NCBI GenBank assembly: GCA_963801355.1
Contig: CAWDEM010000008.1
Location: 2,016,001 to 2,080,000 of the forward strand
Length of the DNA stretch: 64,000 nucleotides
Origin: Ignavibacteriota bacterium
GTDB taxonomy: Bacteria; Bacteroidota; Ignavibacteria; UBA10030; UBA6906
Direction of reading: 5' to 3'
In this document: positions 8,411 through 18,474 of the stretch, piece after piece
How the letters are laid out: the number at the start of each line of letters is the position of its first letter
Position numbering within the stretch: position 1 is the stretch's first letter
Notes under the pieces: model-generated
The model's database searches: none
What the model was told of the DNA's origin: nothing
Seen by the model: only the letters and a program-made list of their open reading frames with translations
Program-made: the position numbers and the translations under genes

Positions 8411-8788
8411 TCAATTCTCCTTAGCGCCCTCTTCAATCCACTTCGCCAGCAGTTTCAGTTGATCCTGCGGAAGAGCTACGACTGTGGAAGTGTCCGGAGG
8501 CATCCGGTAGTGGGGTTGATCGGTCGCGCACACAATGTAGAGCCAGCTTTTCGCCGGCTCCTGGGCAACGATGATTGGCTTCTTGCCAGGATACGTCCGG
8601 GCGTTCATCACATCCTCGTACGATTGCAGCATGACCTTGCCACGGGTGAGTTCCGCGTTGTGGCATTGTACGCACTGTGTATTGAGAATCGGCTGGATCT
8701 GGTCCCGATAGCTCACGGGCGGCTGGACCGTCTTCTGGCTGCATCCGGCGAGAAAGGAAGCAACGAGCACTGTTGCAAGCAAGCGCAT
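8411..8788 (-). CDS. Monoheme cytochrome c lipoprotein (Planctomycete cytochrome C-like)
   Basis: Lipobox LAGC, VSYRDQIQPILNTQCVQCH, distal Met in RMPP, and a KWIEEGA C-terminus. Confidence 0.85.
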   Translation of the reverse strand: MRLLATVLVASFLAGCSQKTVQPPVSYRDQIQPILNTQCVQCHNAELTRGKVMLQSYEDVMNARTYPGKKPIIVAQEPAKSWLYIVCATDQPHYRMPPDTSTVVALPQDQLKLLAKWIEEGAKEN

Positions 8789-8972
8789 AATTGACCTCCC
8801 GGGGAATAATCTGGTTTGCTGCAGTTGGCCCCGCAGAATCTACCAATGCCAGGGGCGAAAGTCAAGGGCGGGCGATTTAATACGTGGCTTGACATTCTCA
8901 TCGGAACGCACGATTATTTTATAACCGTAGTACAAGTTTCCCGTTCTACTCCCTAACTATTGGAGGCCAAAA

Positions 8973-10649
8973 ATGAGGCGTCTCGCACTAGTTTCAGCCC
9001 TGTTGGTCTTGGTCGTAAGCTTCAGTGGTGCGCAGCAGTGGACAACGGTCTGGAAACAAACCTCGGTTCCCTACCTCACCCTTCAAGACATCACAGAGAT
9101 GGGCACGGTCAAAGCCGGGTTCGATACAGACAAAGACGGATGGGGAGAGATCCTGTGCACGTGGACGGATCTCGACACAAATGCGATTCTGATGTATGAG
9201 GCAGATGCCAACAACTCCTACAAGCTGGTCTGGTATTGGCGGTTTCCGGTCGACGCCAACTCGTTTGCGGGTATTGCCGTGGGTGATCTCAACAACAACG
9301 GCATTGTGGACATCGTTACGGCACTTCCCTCGGTCGTCGGAACGGACCCCAATCCTCCTCGTGTATGGGTGTTCGAGTGGAACAATGTTGTGGGGCAGAA
9401 CTCGTACGGCTTCCTGAATAGCTCAACGGGCCTCTATGAACCCTCCAGCGCCTGGAATTTCGATGCTGCGGCGAATTATGACCTTCGCCCGTACAGTCTC
9501 ACCATAGAGGATATCGACAACGACGGAAAGAACGAGTTGATCACCGGCGTTCGCTTGGCAGGTGCTTCAAATCGTGAAGCCATCGTTTCTACCGTCGAGG
9601 GGGATTACGGCGGCTTTGTGGTCTGGAGCAACGAATGGAAGCACTCCGAGAGTAACCCGGGCGACGGCTACTGCACCACCACCGGTGACCTGGACAACGA
9701 CGGGAAAAGAGAGATCTACATGTTCCTCTGGGATTTGTTCACACTGAGGATTTTTGAGTGCACGGGAAGCGGACAATTCACACAGGCATTCGCCGTCGAC
9801 CAGCTCTATGCTTCGCAGAGTCTGGACTACGGAGGGGTTGACGCCGTGCGTGTGGCCGACGTGAACAACGACGGTGTGAATGAAATGTATCTCGTCGGAA
9901 CGGACCCCAAGAACCAGGTATTCATTGTCACGGGCGTCACAGACGTCAGCAAGATGACCTCTGCGGACATCAAAGAACTCTGCACGCTTCCGGTGACACC
10001 AAATACCGGCCCGCGAACGATGTACGTAGCCGACCCCGACAAAGACGGAAAGACCAATCTCATGATTGCCGGGGATCGCTACGGGCAGATCTACTCGCTT
10101 GAATACAAGGGCACGGGCAATCCTGCGGATTCTGCGAGCTGGGATTTCTCGATAGTATTCGATATGTTCAAGGAAAGCGGACTGACCACGATCGGCCCCC
10201 GACTGTTCTATGGATACCCCGCAAAGGATATGGACAAAGACGGAAAAGATGAATTCGTTTTTGTCAACTATTCCCCGGACTTCGACGTCTGGCCGGGCGA
10301 CTCTCCCTTGTGGGTTATTGAGATCGATGTCGCATCGGACGTGCGCGATCAGCCGGCGGAAGTCCCGACAGACATCCAGCTGCTCCAGAACTATCCGAAC
10401 CCGTTCAACCCGTCAACGACGATCCCCTACAAGCTCTCATCCCGGAGCCGCGTGCTGATGGATGTGTTCGACGTGTACGGACAGCACGTTGCCACTCTGG
10501 TAAACGCCGAGCGCGAGGCGGGCTACTATCACGCACGGTGGATCGCAACGGTGCCGAGCGGAACGTATTTCTGCCGCCTGATGGTGGAACCGCTGGATGG
10601 CAGCGGGAGTCCATTCAAGGATGTGAAGAAAATGATGCTTGTGCGGTAA
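8973..10649 (+). CDS. Secreted FG-GAP/VCBS-like beta-propeller protein with T9SS type A C-terminal sorting domain
   Basis: GGAGG RBS and signal peptide. Seven DxD/NxDG-type Ca-binding loops (DTDKDG, DLNNNG, DIDNDG, DLDNDG, DVNNDG, DPDKDG, DMDKDG) and a LQNYPNPFNPST...KKMMLVR tail. Confidence 0.88.
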   Translation: MRRLALVSALLVLVVSFSGAQQWTTVWKQTSVPYLTLQDITEMGTVKAGFDTDKDGWGEILCTWTDLDTNAILMYEADANNSYKLVWYWRFPVDANSFAGIAVGDLNNNGIVDIVTALPSVVGTDPNPPRVWVFEWNNVVGQNSYGFLNSSTGLYEPSSAWNFDAAANYDLRPYSLTIEDIDNDGKNELITGVRLAGASNREAIVSTVEGDYGGFVVWSNEWKHSESNPGDGYCTTTGDLDNDGKREIYMFLWDLFTLRIFECTGSGQFTQAFAVDQLYASQSLDYGGVDAVRVADVNNDGVNEMYLVGTDPKNQVFIVTGVTDVSKMTSADIKELCTLPVTPNTGPRTMYVADPDKDGKTNLMIAGDRYGQIYSLEYKGTGNPADSASWDFSIVFDMFKESGLTTIGPRLFYGYPAKDMDKDGKDEFVFVNYSPDFDVWPGDSPLWVIEIDVASDVRDQPAEVPTDIQLLQNYPNPFNPSTTIPYKLSSRSRVLMDVFDVYGQHVATLVNAEREAGYYHARWIATVPSGTYFCRLMVEPLDGSGSPFKDVKKMMLVR

Positions 10650-10699
10650 GCAGCATCGATGCTGATTCACGATCCCGCCTTCTTCTGGCAGCGTTCAGG

Positions 10700-10733
10700 A
10701 AGATCCCGCCCCTCCGGGCGGGATCTTTTTTTT
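10700..10733 (+). terminator. Rho-independent terminator
   Basis: AAGATCCCGCCC-ctcc-GGGCGGGATCTT followed by a T run. Confidence 0.9.
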
Positions 10734-10854
10734 GTCCTGGCTTTCGTGTCCCGTGCCTTATATCCTCACCCGCTTCTTTGAAATCCTCGACTCATATGGC
10801 TATATTGCCACTGCATTCGCCTTGAACTTTTCCAAAGGACCACACGGCCAGAGT

Positions 10855-12726
10855 ATGAAGCAACCTTCGCGTACGTGGCAACTCATTTTTGCATCGCTTC
10901 TGCTTGTCGTCCTGCAGTTCCTTGTGTTCAACCCCGCCCTGGATAGCGGGTTCCTTGCATATGATGATGACGTGTATGTCTACGACAATCCCAACATCCA
11001 GGCACTGAATGCCGCAAATGTGGCCTGGATGTTTGCCGGACCTTACTATCATTCCTATACTCCTCTCGCGCTCCTTTCCCATGCAGTGGATTACCGGCTC
11101 TGGGGAAACAATCCATGGGGACATCACCTCACAAGCCTGTTGCTCCACAGCGCAAATACCGTTCTCCTTTTTCTGTTTGGCCTGATGCTTCTGCATATGG
11201 TGCGCCGGACACCGGGAGCAACAACGCCGGAAATATCGACTGCACGGGTCCCCCTGGCGGATACGGCAAGCATGGTTGGGATGTTTTTCGCAGCGTTGTT
11301 GTTTTCTCTCCACCCGATGCGCGTCGAGTCCGTTGCATGGGTTTCGGACAGGAAAGACCTGCTGGTGGTGTTGTTCGCGCTCCCCTGCTGCATGGCATAT
11401 CTCACGTACGATCATTACAGAGGCACAAAACGCGCTCTACAATGGTATCTCGGCTCGCTTTTCTTCTTTGTCCTGGCATTACTTTCGAAGTCTGTTGCTG
11501 TTGTACTACCGGCGGTATTGATCCTCCTGGATCTGTTCCTATTACATAAGCAAGACCTCAGGAGCAAATGGCCGGCTCTCCTGGCCGAGAAGACCCCATT
11601 CCTCTTGCTGAGTGTCGCGTTCGGCATCCTCGCGTTCATTGCCGGGAAGGAAAGCCAACTGAGCAGCGTTGCGGCGAAACTCTCCTCTGCTCAAAAGGCA
11701 TTGCTGCCGCTCTACTCTATCATGTTCTACCCAATGAAGTTGTTGTGGCCGGCTCACCTTACTCCTTATTATGATGCACCCGGAACCATGCTGATGGTCG
11801 TCGCCGCGATTCTGTGCGTTGCCATCACGGTGTTTGCCATCATCAAGACGAAAAGGGGACGGGGATACTGGCTGCTGGGGTGGTTGTGCTATGTCATCGC
11901 AACCGTGCCGACCGTCACGGGATTGTCCGCCGGGATCCAACCCTGGGCCGATCGATACAGCTACTTCTCCACCATCAGCCTGATGCTATTAGCAGGCGGG
12001 GGTATTCGTAGCCTGTGGGAAATGTATCAACGCAGAGGAGCCACGCCTCGACTTCTGATCACCGTGCTTGGTGCGGTACTCGTTTTCATCTGCGGTCGCC
12101 TGAGTGCACAGCAGCTTTCGTTATGGCAAGATGCTGAAAGGCTCTGGCGTTCGGCAATTGGGATCACTCCCGAGGTGCCCATGCCATATGCGAATCTCGG
12201 AGTCGTACTGGAAAACAAGGGCGATCACGACGGTGCATTGACGATGTACGCGAAAGCGGTTGCGTTGGAACCACAGTTCGCAAATGCCTTGTACAATATG
12301 GGCATCTCTTTTGAGGCCAAACAACTGGTTGACTCGGCAGTGTCCTGCTATGCAAGGGCAATTGCGGCAGACAGTACATACACTGATGCATATGTGAATT
12401 TGGGAAACATCTTCGTGCGCACCGGAAAGCTGGATGACGGGATCAACCTGTTCAAGCAAGCGATTCAACTTGATCCATCGGATCCCGATCCGTACTACAA
12501 TATGGGAATAGCCGTCTACAACCAGGGTGATCGCGTGAAGGCGTTGGAGTGCTTCCAGAGCGCTGTCAAATACTCACCCGGCTATGCAAACGCATACTAC
12601 AACATGGGTATTGTGTTTCTGGACCTGGGGAAAAACGATGCGGCAATGGAGAGCTTCGCGCGTGCTGCCAGGATGGGATCAGAAGACGCTCAAAAGCTGC
12701 TGAAATCCAACGGGTATTCGTGGTGA
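10855..12726 (+). CDS. TMTC-like GT-C membrane glycosyltransferase with C-terminal TPR repeats
   Basis: FLAYDDDVYVYDNP acidic motif, YTPL, HPMRVESVAWVSDRKD, LALLSK, ADRYSY, multiple TM helices and about 6 TPRs (YANLGVVL, AYVNLGNIF, AYYNMGIVF). Confidence 0.85.
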   Translation: MKQPSRTWQLIFASLLLVVLQFLVFNPALDSGFLAYDDDVYVYDNPNIQALNAANVAWMFAGPYYHSYTPLALLSHAVDYRLWGNNPWGHHLTSLLLHSANTVLLFLFGLMLLHMVRRTPGATTPEISTARVPLADTASMVGMFFAALLFSLHPMRVESVAWVSDRKDLLVVLFALPCCMAYLTYDHYRGTKRALQWYLGSLFFFVLALLSKSVAVVLPAVLILLDLFLLHKQDLRSKWPALLAEKTPFLLLSVAFGILAFIAGKESQLSSVAAKLSSAQKALLPLYSIMFYPMKLLWPAHLTPYYDAPGTMLMVVAAILCVAITVFAIIKTKRGRGYWLLGWLCYVIATVPTVTGLSAGIQPWADRYSYFSTISLMLLAGGGIRSLWEMYQRRGATPRLLITVLGAVLVFICGRLSAQQLSLWQDAERLWRSAIGITPEVPMPYANLGVVLENKGDHDGALTMYAKAVALEPQFANALYNMGISFEAKQLVDSAVSCYARAIAADSTYTDAYVNLGNIFVRTGKLDDGINLFKQAIQLDPSDPDPYYNMGIAVYNQGDRVKALECFQSAVKYSPGYANAYYNMGIVFLDLGKNDAAMESFARAARMGSEDAQKLLKSNGYSW

Positions 12727-15700
12727 CTACCGAAACACCACTTCAAGAAGCACTTCATTCCACCCTTCTCCCAATTCAGCCACGATGTTTCCGTCAGAGG
12801 GCAGCCCTCCCACACGACCATTGAGAGTGAGCCGGGTAATATCTCGGTTGCTTACAAGTGGCAACACTGTTCTCCCCACACCAGCGATCTTCATGGTGAG
12901 ATGGCCGGGTCCAGATTCCTGAGGCGTGATACTCGTGCCCGGGGTTGTGAACACCAGCGCAACGCCATCTCTGACAAGTACCTGCCTCAGGCTCCCTTCG
13001 GTGACCTCGAGCGGTACCTTCAAATCTTCGACCTCGAGGAGGACCCGCTTCGTATTGCCCGCCGATGTCCAATCCGTGTTCAAAAGAACGATCCTCTTCC
13101 ATCCCCCCGGACAATTGTAGACATGCCAATCGACATCGGTTGACTCACCGGTGATGCGCATTTCTGTGCGGAGAGTCGATGTGAGCTTCTGCAGCATGAG
13201 TGGGCGGAACGCGTCCAGCGATGCTGCTCCCCAGTACTCTCCGACTGTGAGCATCCACACCTTCCCCGCACCGATCCTATTCTCAACGAGGACGGGATGT
13301 CCGTCTTCATCAGCGGCCAGCACATGGGCGGTCGTTGTGCTCAACCTGAGACCGGGAACATGTTCCGCGGCACATGAGGAGCCATCAGCCCAGATGATTT
13401 GACGCATTTCCCCGCCGACATCTTGTATCCTGACTCCGCCGAGCGCAGTCAGATCCCCGCCCGCGTACCATTGGAAATCCTTCTTCTCCTTCAGGAAGTC
13501 GCGCGTCACATGCTTCGTACATTGCGCTGCACTTAATACAAGGTGCCCGCCATTCCGAACGTATGCGAGCAGCTTCGCATAAATCTCATCCGTCATCGTG
13601 TTCCACCCCGGGAGCACCAGAAGCCGATACTTCGAGAGTTTTTCCGGGGTTGCATCGATGGGAATCAGGTCAACCTGGCCATGCGGCGAGCCCCCGAAGA
13701 ACTGGCGGATCGATGTGGGATCTTGCAGCACGGGATAGAGCCACACTCCAGGCATGAACGCTCCCAACAACTCCCAGCCGCGTTCCGGTGTATCAAACTC
13801 CCAACTCGGCTTCTCCGGCCCGATCATCCCCCAGAACTTGGTTCTTGGAACATCAGGGTCCGACTGTAGTCCGCCGACGAGACAGTCATAGTTGCCTTGC
13901 AGAAATCCGATTCGCACATCCTCCTTGCCCAGATCGATGCTCGATGCGTAATGGTACAACTCCTGCATTTGTTTGCGTCGATTGAAGGTAAACGGATCAG
14001 AAAACGCGCGCGGGGCATCGTGGACGGCGTACAGGGCAAACTCTTCGTCATAGATCAATCTGGCACCATACAGCCACGCCTGCCAGAGCAGGATGAAGTT
14101 GCGCCGCTCAGTGGCATTGTCTGCCGGCACGCGTGGGATGTGGTTGGCATTGTGCACACCCCACAGGCTCTTATCGAATGCATACACCGCCCCGCGTTGA
14201 CTCGCGAACATGAGTGTCGAATGACCGGTCGGGGGTTCACTAAACACCAGCTGGACGCCGGCTTTATAGTCCAGGTGCGTAATCGGCAAGGCCTGACCGA
14301 GGATCTGAATCCCGCCGACCCGCCTCAGATATGCCTCTTCGCACTCGGGAAGCGTTCTGTCAGCCCGGCGCGCAATCGGCTCGGGGTCTCCCCAGCCGTA
14401 GATCAAATTGCTGCGTTCATGTCCATGGATACCCAGATAACTCTTGCCCAGGCGCGCGCGCAGGATCGCATCAGCAGAACGCGTGGGATCAGTAGACTCG
14501 ACGAGGCCGGCCTTGATGCCGTAGCGCACCATCATGTCGCACCAGCGATGATAGTCCTTCAACGTGTCCACAGTGTGCGCTTCCTCTATACGGAAGAGAA
14601 TGTAGTTCCCGGCCTCCTCCTCCCCCATCATCGTCAGAACACTGTCCACTTCGCCATTCTGCGGCGTGAGCGTGTTCTCATCATAGCCAATCCAGAAGGT
14701 AGGTTGCGGAGGAAGGGGTGGAAGCTGTCGCAGATTATCCTTGAGCGAGGGTGGAGGATCATTCACAAAGACGCGGTGCACAAGGACCACATAGCGGGCG
14801 CTACGATTCAGCAGCTGGATCCTGTTCTTCATCTCACGTAGGGATTTTCTAGGAACCGACACATACAGGTCTTGCATCTTCTGCACCATCCGGAATTTCG
14901 CAAAGAAGTGCCGCAAATCAGAACGGCAATCATTGATCGACACATGAAGGTCTATCCAATCGTCCATCACCTCAAGCCCACCCGTGGAATCCTTGGCCGC
15001 CATGAGTTGAAGATGGACGATGCAACTGTCACCCGCCAGTCGGCTGAAGTTCAGGATATCGAATCGGGTCGTGGATTGCCCTGATGCCGGGACTACCGCA
15101 CAATAGGTGCTCAGAAAATGCGCCTTGCCTCCCGAGAAGTCATCGGGCATGACAATGGCTCCTGCCTGATTCTTCCGGCGCAATCCTGCGAGATGCGATT
15201 TCCGCGACACGCGGATTCTCGGATCCTGCCCGAGGAAAACCACAATAGGCTGGCCTGAATAGTAACCCCCGCAATGGAATTCAAGAATTTCCTTCTCGAG
15301 CAGCCCGCCCAGTTGAAACGAAACAGTCCTGGACGTCGTGGCAATCGTCACATGCGTCGAGGAATCGCCTCTCACGCTGAAGCGTATACCTTCAGTCCCG
15401 TTTCCCGAGCCGGGAACAATTTCGCTTTTCCATTCAGGTGTCGTCAACCGGTGGACATATTCCCGGGCGCATCCGCTCCATCCCCTCGCCCAGTCCGTTC
15501 GCGCATAGAGCAGCTTGTCGATCCAGATCAATTCGCCACGTTCAACGCGAAGGCTTCCGTCCCAGTGAAAGGCTTCGTTGCTGACCGGCGAATACGAGAA
15601 TGATTTCCCGAATGTGACCGAGACTACGTAGTCCTTCTGGCTCTCGCCCCTGACCATGGGATCTCCCCGGCTCTCCGCGGAGGGATGTGTTGCGGAGTGC

Positions 15701-17772
15701 GCTTCATCAAACAATGCTGACAGGTGTTTGTGCCGCGCATCTCCCGTCGCTGCATAGCGAGCCATTCTGTTCGCAAAACCAGTGTACATGCCGAGGGCAG
15801 CCTGCTTGTAGAACTTCTGGATGTTTCGTTTGCGCTCCTCAGTTATGGGGCGATAGTATCCCGGCCCCGGATCCATGATCGCGCGCGTCCTGCAATCCTC
15901 GAAAGACTTTAGCGCTGCAGCTATGAATGCCCGTTCGTATTCTGCATCCAGCTCATTTGCTAGAAGCTTGTTCATCGAAATGAGAACGTCGTATCGTTTC
16001 CTCAATGAATCGGGCAGTTCGCGCGGCCCCTGACTTAGTGTCCCTCCTCCTGATATCAGCGCCGGCATTGTCGGATACTCAGCGGTTACCGACTCCGCCG
16101 GCCATCCTCCCTCAGTGGTGATCTCAATGTTCGTATTCACCGGCAATTCGCTGTACATCAAGACTACCTCTTCGGTTGTGCTCATATCCATCGCCGTCCC
16201 ATTGACCGTGACTGACTTCACAGCGGGTCCGCCATTGCGGCATGACAGGTAGATTCTCTTATCACCAAAACGGACAGGTTGTTTCTGCGCATAGAACGTG
16301 ATGGATCCCGGAATGCGGGGCCGTAGGATAAGCCTGTCGGCCCGGTATTCGTAGTCAAAGAGTCCGCGAATCGTTGCAGCGGGTATCGCGAAGTTGTCAA
16401 TCATCAGACTGATGCCACCGACGTGATGCTCGCCGGTATCTGACCAGAGGTTGTTGGTGTTCTCTCCGCGCTGGGACCATGGTGCATCCATGCGGAAGTC
16501 CTTTGCCCATTTCATGGCGCGTGTTGCAGAACGCCGGACGTCTTCGAATTTCCCCAGACGGTAATACATCAGGATAGCCCGACCCTCAACAGTGCCCCAG
16601 GCTCCACCATCCACCCAATGGCCGTATTGACGGAATTCCTCCGTCCCCTGACCGGGTATACTCCCCCCCGTCCAGTATGAATCATCCAGACCCGGTGCAT
16701 TGGTCAGGAGAAAGTCGAAAGGACGGATGGCAGGGAATCCTGCGATTCGATCATATATGGTTCGAGCAGTTTTCGCGTCCACGACCCTGAGTGCTACTGC
16801 GTCAGCATTTGCCACGCCTTCCAGGTAACCGAAATGCTCCTGACCCAGCACGCCATGCTTGAGCCCCCCCGGCTCGACGCTTTTGGCAAAATACCCTTCG
16901 GATGTCAGCAGTTGTGGCAGTGACTCGCGTGTGTTCTTTTGTCTTTGTTCGTACACTTCAAGTTTCTCTTTGTCACCTGTCATCCTGTACAGCTCAACCA
17001 TCCTGTCAAGCGCTGCAAGATAGGTGATGGAAAGCCCTGAAAGATATCCCTTCACGGTGGAACCGTCGGGTTGTTTTATCCCGCCGTAGCTGGGAGCAAG
17101 GAGGTTGCTGGCAGGACCGACAAGAAACAGGTGGTTTTTCGGATCTCTTGTCTTCTCTATGAAATTGCACGCCCGCTCCATCTTTGGCAGATAGTAATGG
17201 ATTGCCTCCATGTCGCGTCTCGCCAACAGGATTTCAGCCTGCATCACCAACCCGGCTGCAGTAGCCTCGTAGTACCAATCGTGTATATTCTGGTCGCCAT
17301 CGCCCTGCTTGAACCCGATTTCATGTGGGCGGGCCATATCGCCAAGACTTCCGTCAGGAGCCACCAGGTGGGAAAACCAGGATCCTGTGGGGCTTCCTCC
17401 CCACATGCTCATTCGCTTCCCATCTCCCTGGTTGTCCCAATGCAGGTCCCATGATCGCTGCAGAGTGGAGAACCATGGCTCCTGGAGAAACGGAGTCGCC
17501 GAGTAGGAAAATCCGTAGCTATTCTGAATCCACCAGGCATCCCAGCCTGCACCTTCGACAAAGGTGTCCCATTCGGGTTTGTACACCATTGTGAGATTCG
17601 GAACTGCAGGAGTAGGATTGAAGAACGCAAACGATTCATCGATCAGACGGAGATAGCTGGTATCCCCTTCGCCCGTGCAGAATTCTCCGTCATAGCGGTT
17701 TGCCTCCCTGGTATCCGGGCCGCATGATATGAAGAACGTCAGAACACAAAGGACAAGACGAAGTGATTTCAT
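12727..17772 (-). CDS. Very large (1681 aa) putative lipoprotein: six-hairpin glycosidase-like N-half fused to a second glycoside-hydrolase-like half with a GH42-trimerisation-like domain
   Basis: Signal MKSLRLVLCVLTFFISC. The helical N-half (YLPKMERACNFIE, YLAALDRMVELY) ends in an LRPRIPG beta-domain. The C-half contains LSKYRLLVLPGWN...LLAYVRNGGHLV...ENRIGAGKVW. Confidence 0.65.
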   Translation of the reverse strand: MKSLRLVLCVLTFFISCGPDTREANRYDGEFCTGEGDTSYLRLIDESFAFFNPTPAVPNLTMVYKPEWDTFVEGAGWDAWWIQNSYGFSYSATPFLQEPWFSTLQRSWDLHWDNQGDGKRMSMWGGSPTGSWFSHLVAPDGSLGDMARPHEIGFKQGDGDQNIHDWYYEATAAGLVMQAEILLARRDMEAIHYYLPKMERACNFIEKTRDPKNHLFLVGPASNLLAPSYGGIKQPDGSTVKGYLSGLSITYLAALDRMVELYRMTGDKEKLEVYEQRQKNTRESLPQLLTSEGYFAKSVEPGGLKHGVLGQEHFGYLEGVANADAVALRVVDAKTARTIYDRIAGFPAIRPFDFLLTNAPGLDDSYWTGGSIPGQGTEEFRQYGHWVDGGAWGTVEGRAILMYYRLGKFEDVRRSATRAMKWAKDFRMDAPWSQRGENTNNLWSDTGEHHVGGISLMIDNFAIPAATIRGLFDYEYRADRLILRPRIPGSITFYAQKQPVRFGDKRIYLSCRNGGPAVKSVTVNGTAMDMSTTEEVVLMYSELPVNTNIEITTEGGWPAESVTAEYPTMPALISGGGTLSQGPRELPDSLRKRYDVLISMNKLLANELDAEYERAFIAAALKSFEDCRTRAIMDPGPGYYRPITEERKRNIQKFYKQAALGMYTGFANRMARYAATGDARHKHLSALFDEAHSATHPSAESRGDPMVRGESQKDYVVSVTFGKSFSYSPVSNEAFHWDGSLRVERGELIWIDKLLYARTDWARGWSGCAREYVHRLTTPEWKSEIVPGSGNGTEGIRFSVRGDSSTHVTIATTSRTVSFQLGGLLEKEILEFHCGGYYSGQPIVVFLGQDPRIRVSRKSHLAGLRRKNQAGAIVMPDDFSGGKAHFLSTYCAVVPASGQSTTRFDILNFSRLAGDSCIVHLQLMAAKDSTGGLEVMDDWIDLHVSINDCRSDLRHFFAKFRMVQKMQDLYVSVPRKSLREMKNRIQLLNRSARYVVLVHRVFVNDPPPSLKDNLRQLPPLPPQPTFWIGYDENTLTPQNGEVDSVLTMMGEEEAGNYILFRIEEAHTVDTLKDYHRWCDMMVRYGIKAGLVESTDPTRSADAILRARLGKSYLGIHGHERSNLIYGWGDPEPIARRADRTLPECEEAYLRRVGGIQILGQALPITHLDYKAGVQLVFSEPPTGHSTLMFASQRGAVYAFDKSLWGVHNANHIPRVPADNATERRNFILLWQAWLYGARLIYDEEFALYAVHDAPRAFSDPFTFNRRKQMQELYHYASSIDLGKEDVRIGFLQGNYDCLVGGLQSDPDVPRTKFWGMIGPEKPSWEFDTPERGWELLGAFMPGVWLYPVLQDPTSIRQFFGGSPHGQVDLIPIDATPEKLSKYRLLVLPGWNTMTDEIYAKLLAYVRNGGHLVLSAAQCTKHVTRDFLKEKKDFQWYAGGDLTALGGVRIQDVGGEMRQIIWADGSSCAAEHVPGLRLSTTTAHVLAADEDGHPVLVENRIGAGKVWMLTVGEYWGAASLDAFRPLMLQKLTSTLRTEMRITGESTDVDWHVYNCPGGWKRIVLLNTDWTSAGNTKRVLLEVEDLKVPLEVTEGSLRQVLVRDGVALVFTTPGTSITPQESGPGHLTMKIAGVGRTVLPLVSNRDITRLTLNGRVGGLPSDGNIVAELGEGWNEVLLEVVFR

Positions 17773-18102
17773 GATTGCGGGTTCGACATTGAGGAGTTGA
17801 TGGGTGTGCTGGAAAGATACCCTCAAGGAGGAGCAAACGCAAGATGTAGCACAGGGGTTGCCAGCGTGGAAAGATCCTGATCGAGCGGCGCAAAAAAGAA
17901 GCGCCCGGACATCGCTCTGCCCGGGCCGATTGAAAGACACAGGTACCAACTTCCATACAATCGTGGATTGGAGGCTGCGTTGACTACGACGCAAAATACT
18001 TAGAGAAGACCTCATCGCATTGCCGGGCAAGGGAGAAGTCCTTCTCGGTAAGCCCTCCTCCATCATGCGTCGTGAGTCTGGCCTCCTATGTATCCTTTTA
18101 TG

Positions 18103-18354
18103 TTACATTCCTTCCTTGACCTCGATGATTTCGTCGGCAACCAGACCATGACCATCGCGATGCACTTTCATCGCAGCTTCCTTGTTTGGAGCGCTGACAA
18201 GACAGAATACCTTTCCTGAGCCTTCATCGAACCAGTATTTCAGATACTGCACCCCATACTTCTTCTGAATCTCGAGGTCTTTTGCGTGGGCTCCGGTAAC
18301 TGCTTCTGCGGTGAGACCCGGTACGTGCTTGTGGATGTCCATGAACAGTGGCAT
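18103..18354 (-). CDS. DUF4242 (SCO4226-like, putative metal-binding) protein
   Basis: MPLFMDIH...AHAKDLEIQKKYGVQYLKYW...KVFCLVSAPNKEAAMKVHRDGHGLVADEIIEV; AAAGGAG RBS. Confidence 0.88.
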   Translation of the reverse strand: MPLFMDIHKHVPGLTAEAVTGAHAKDLEIQKKYGVQYLKYWFDEGSGKVFCLVSAPNKEAAMKVHRDGHGLVADEIIEVKEGM

Positions 18355-18474
18355 AGTGAGTCTCCTTTATTGTTGGGTTCTGCAATTGTGATATGGATTA
18401 GGTACCAGAAACCTTCTCTCTAACACCTGAAGAAAGATCCCGGAATCTGCTTCTCCTCCAATGACCCCAAGTGG

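Noticed and set aside
7833-8462. Leu/Phe-rich plus-strand ORFs (209 aa and 70 aa)
   Set aside because: They are antisense shadows of the K/E-rich repeat gene, which has the RBS and signal peptide.
17773-18066. 98-aa N-terminal extension of the 1779-aa ORF
   Set aside because: The lipoprotein signal begins at Met 17772, and the upstream part has non-protein-like composition.
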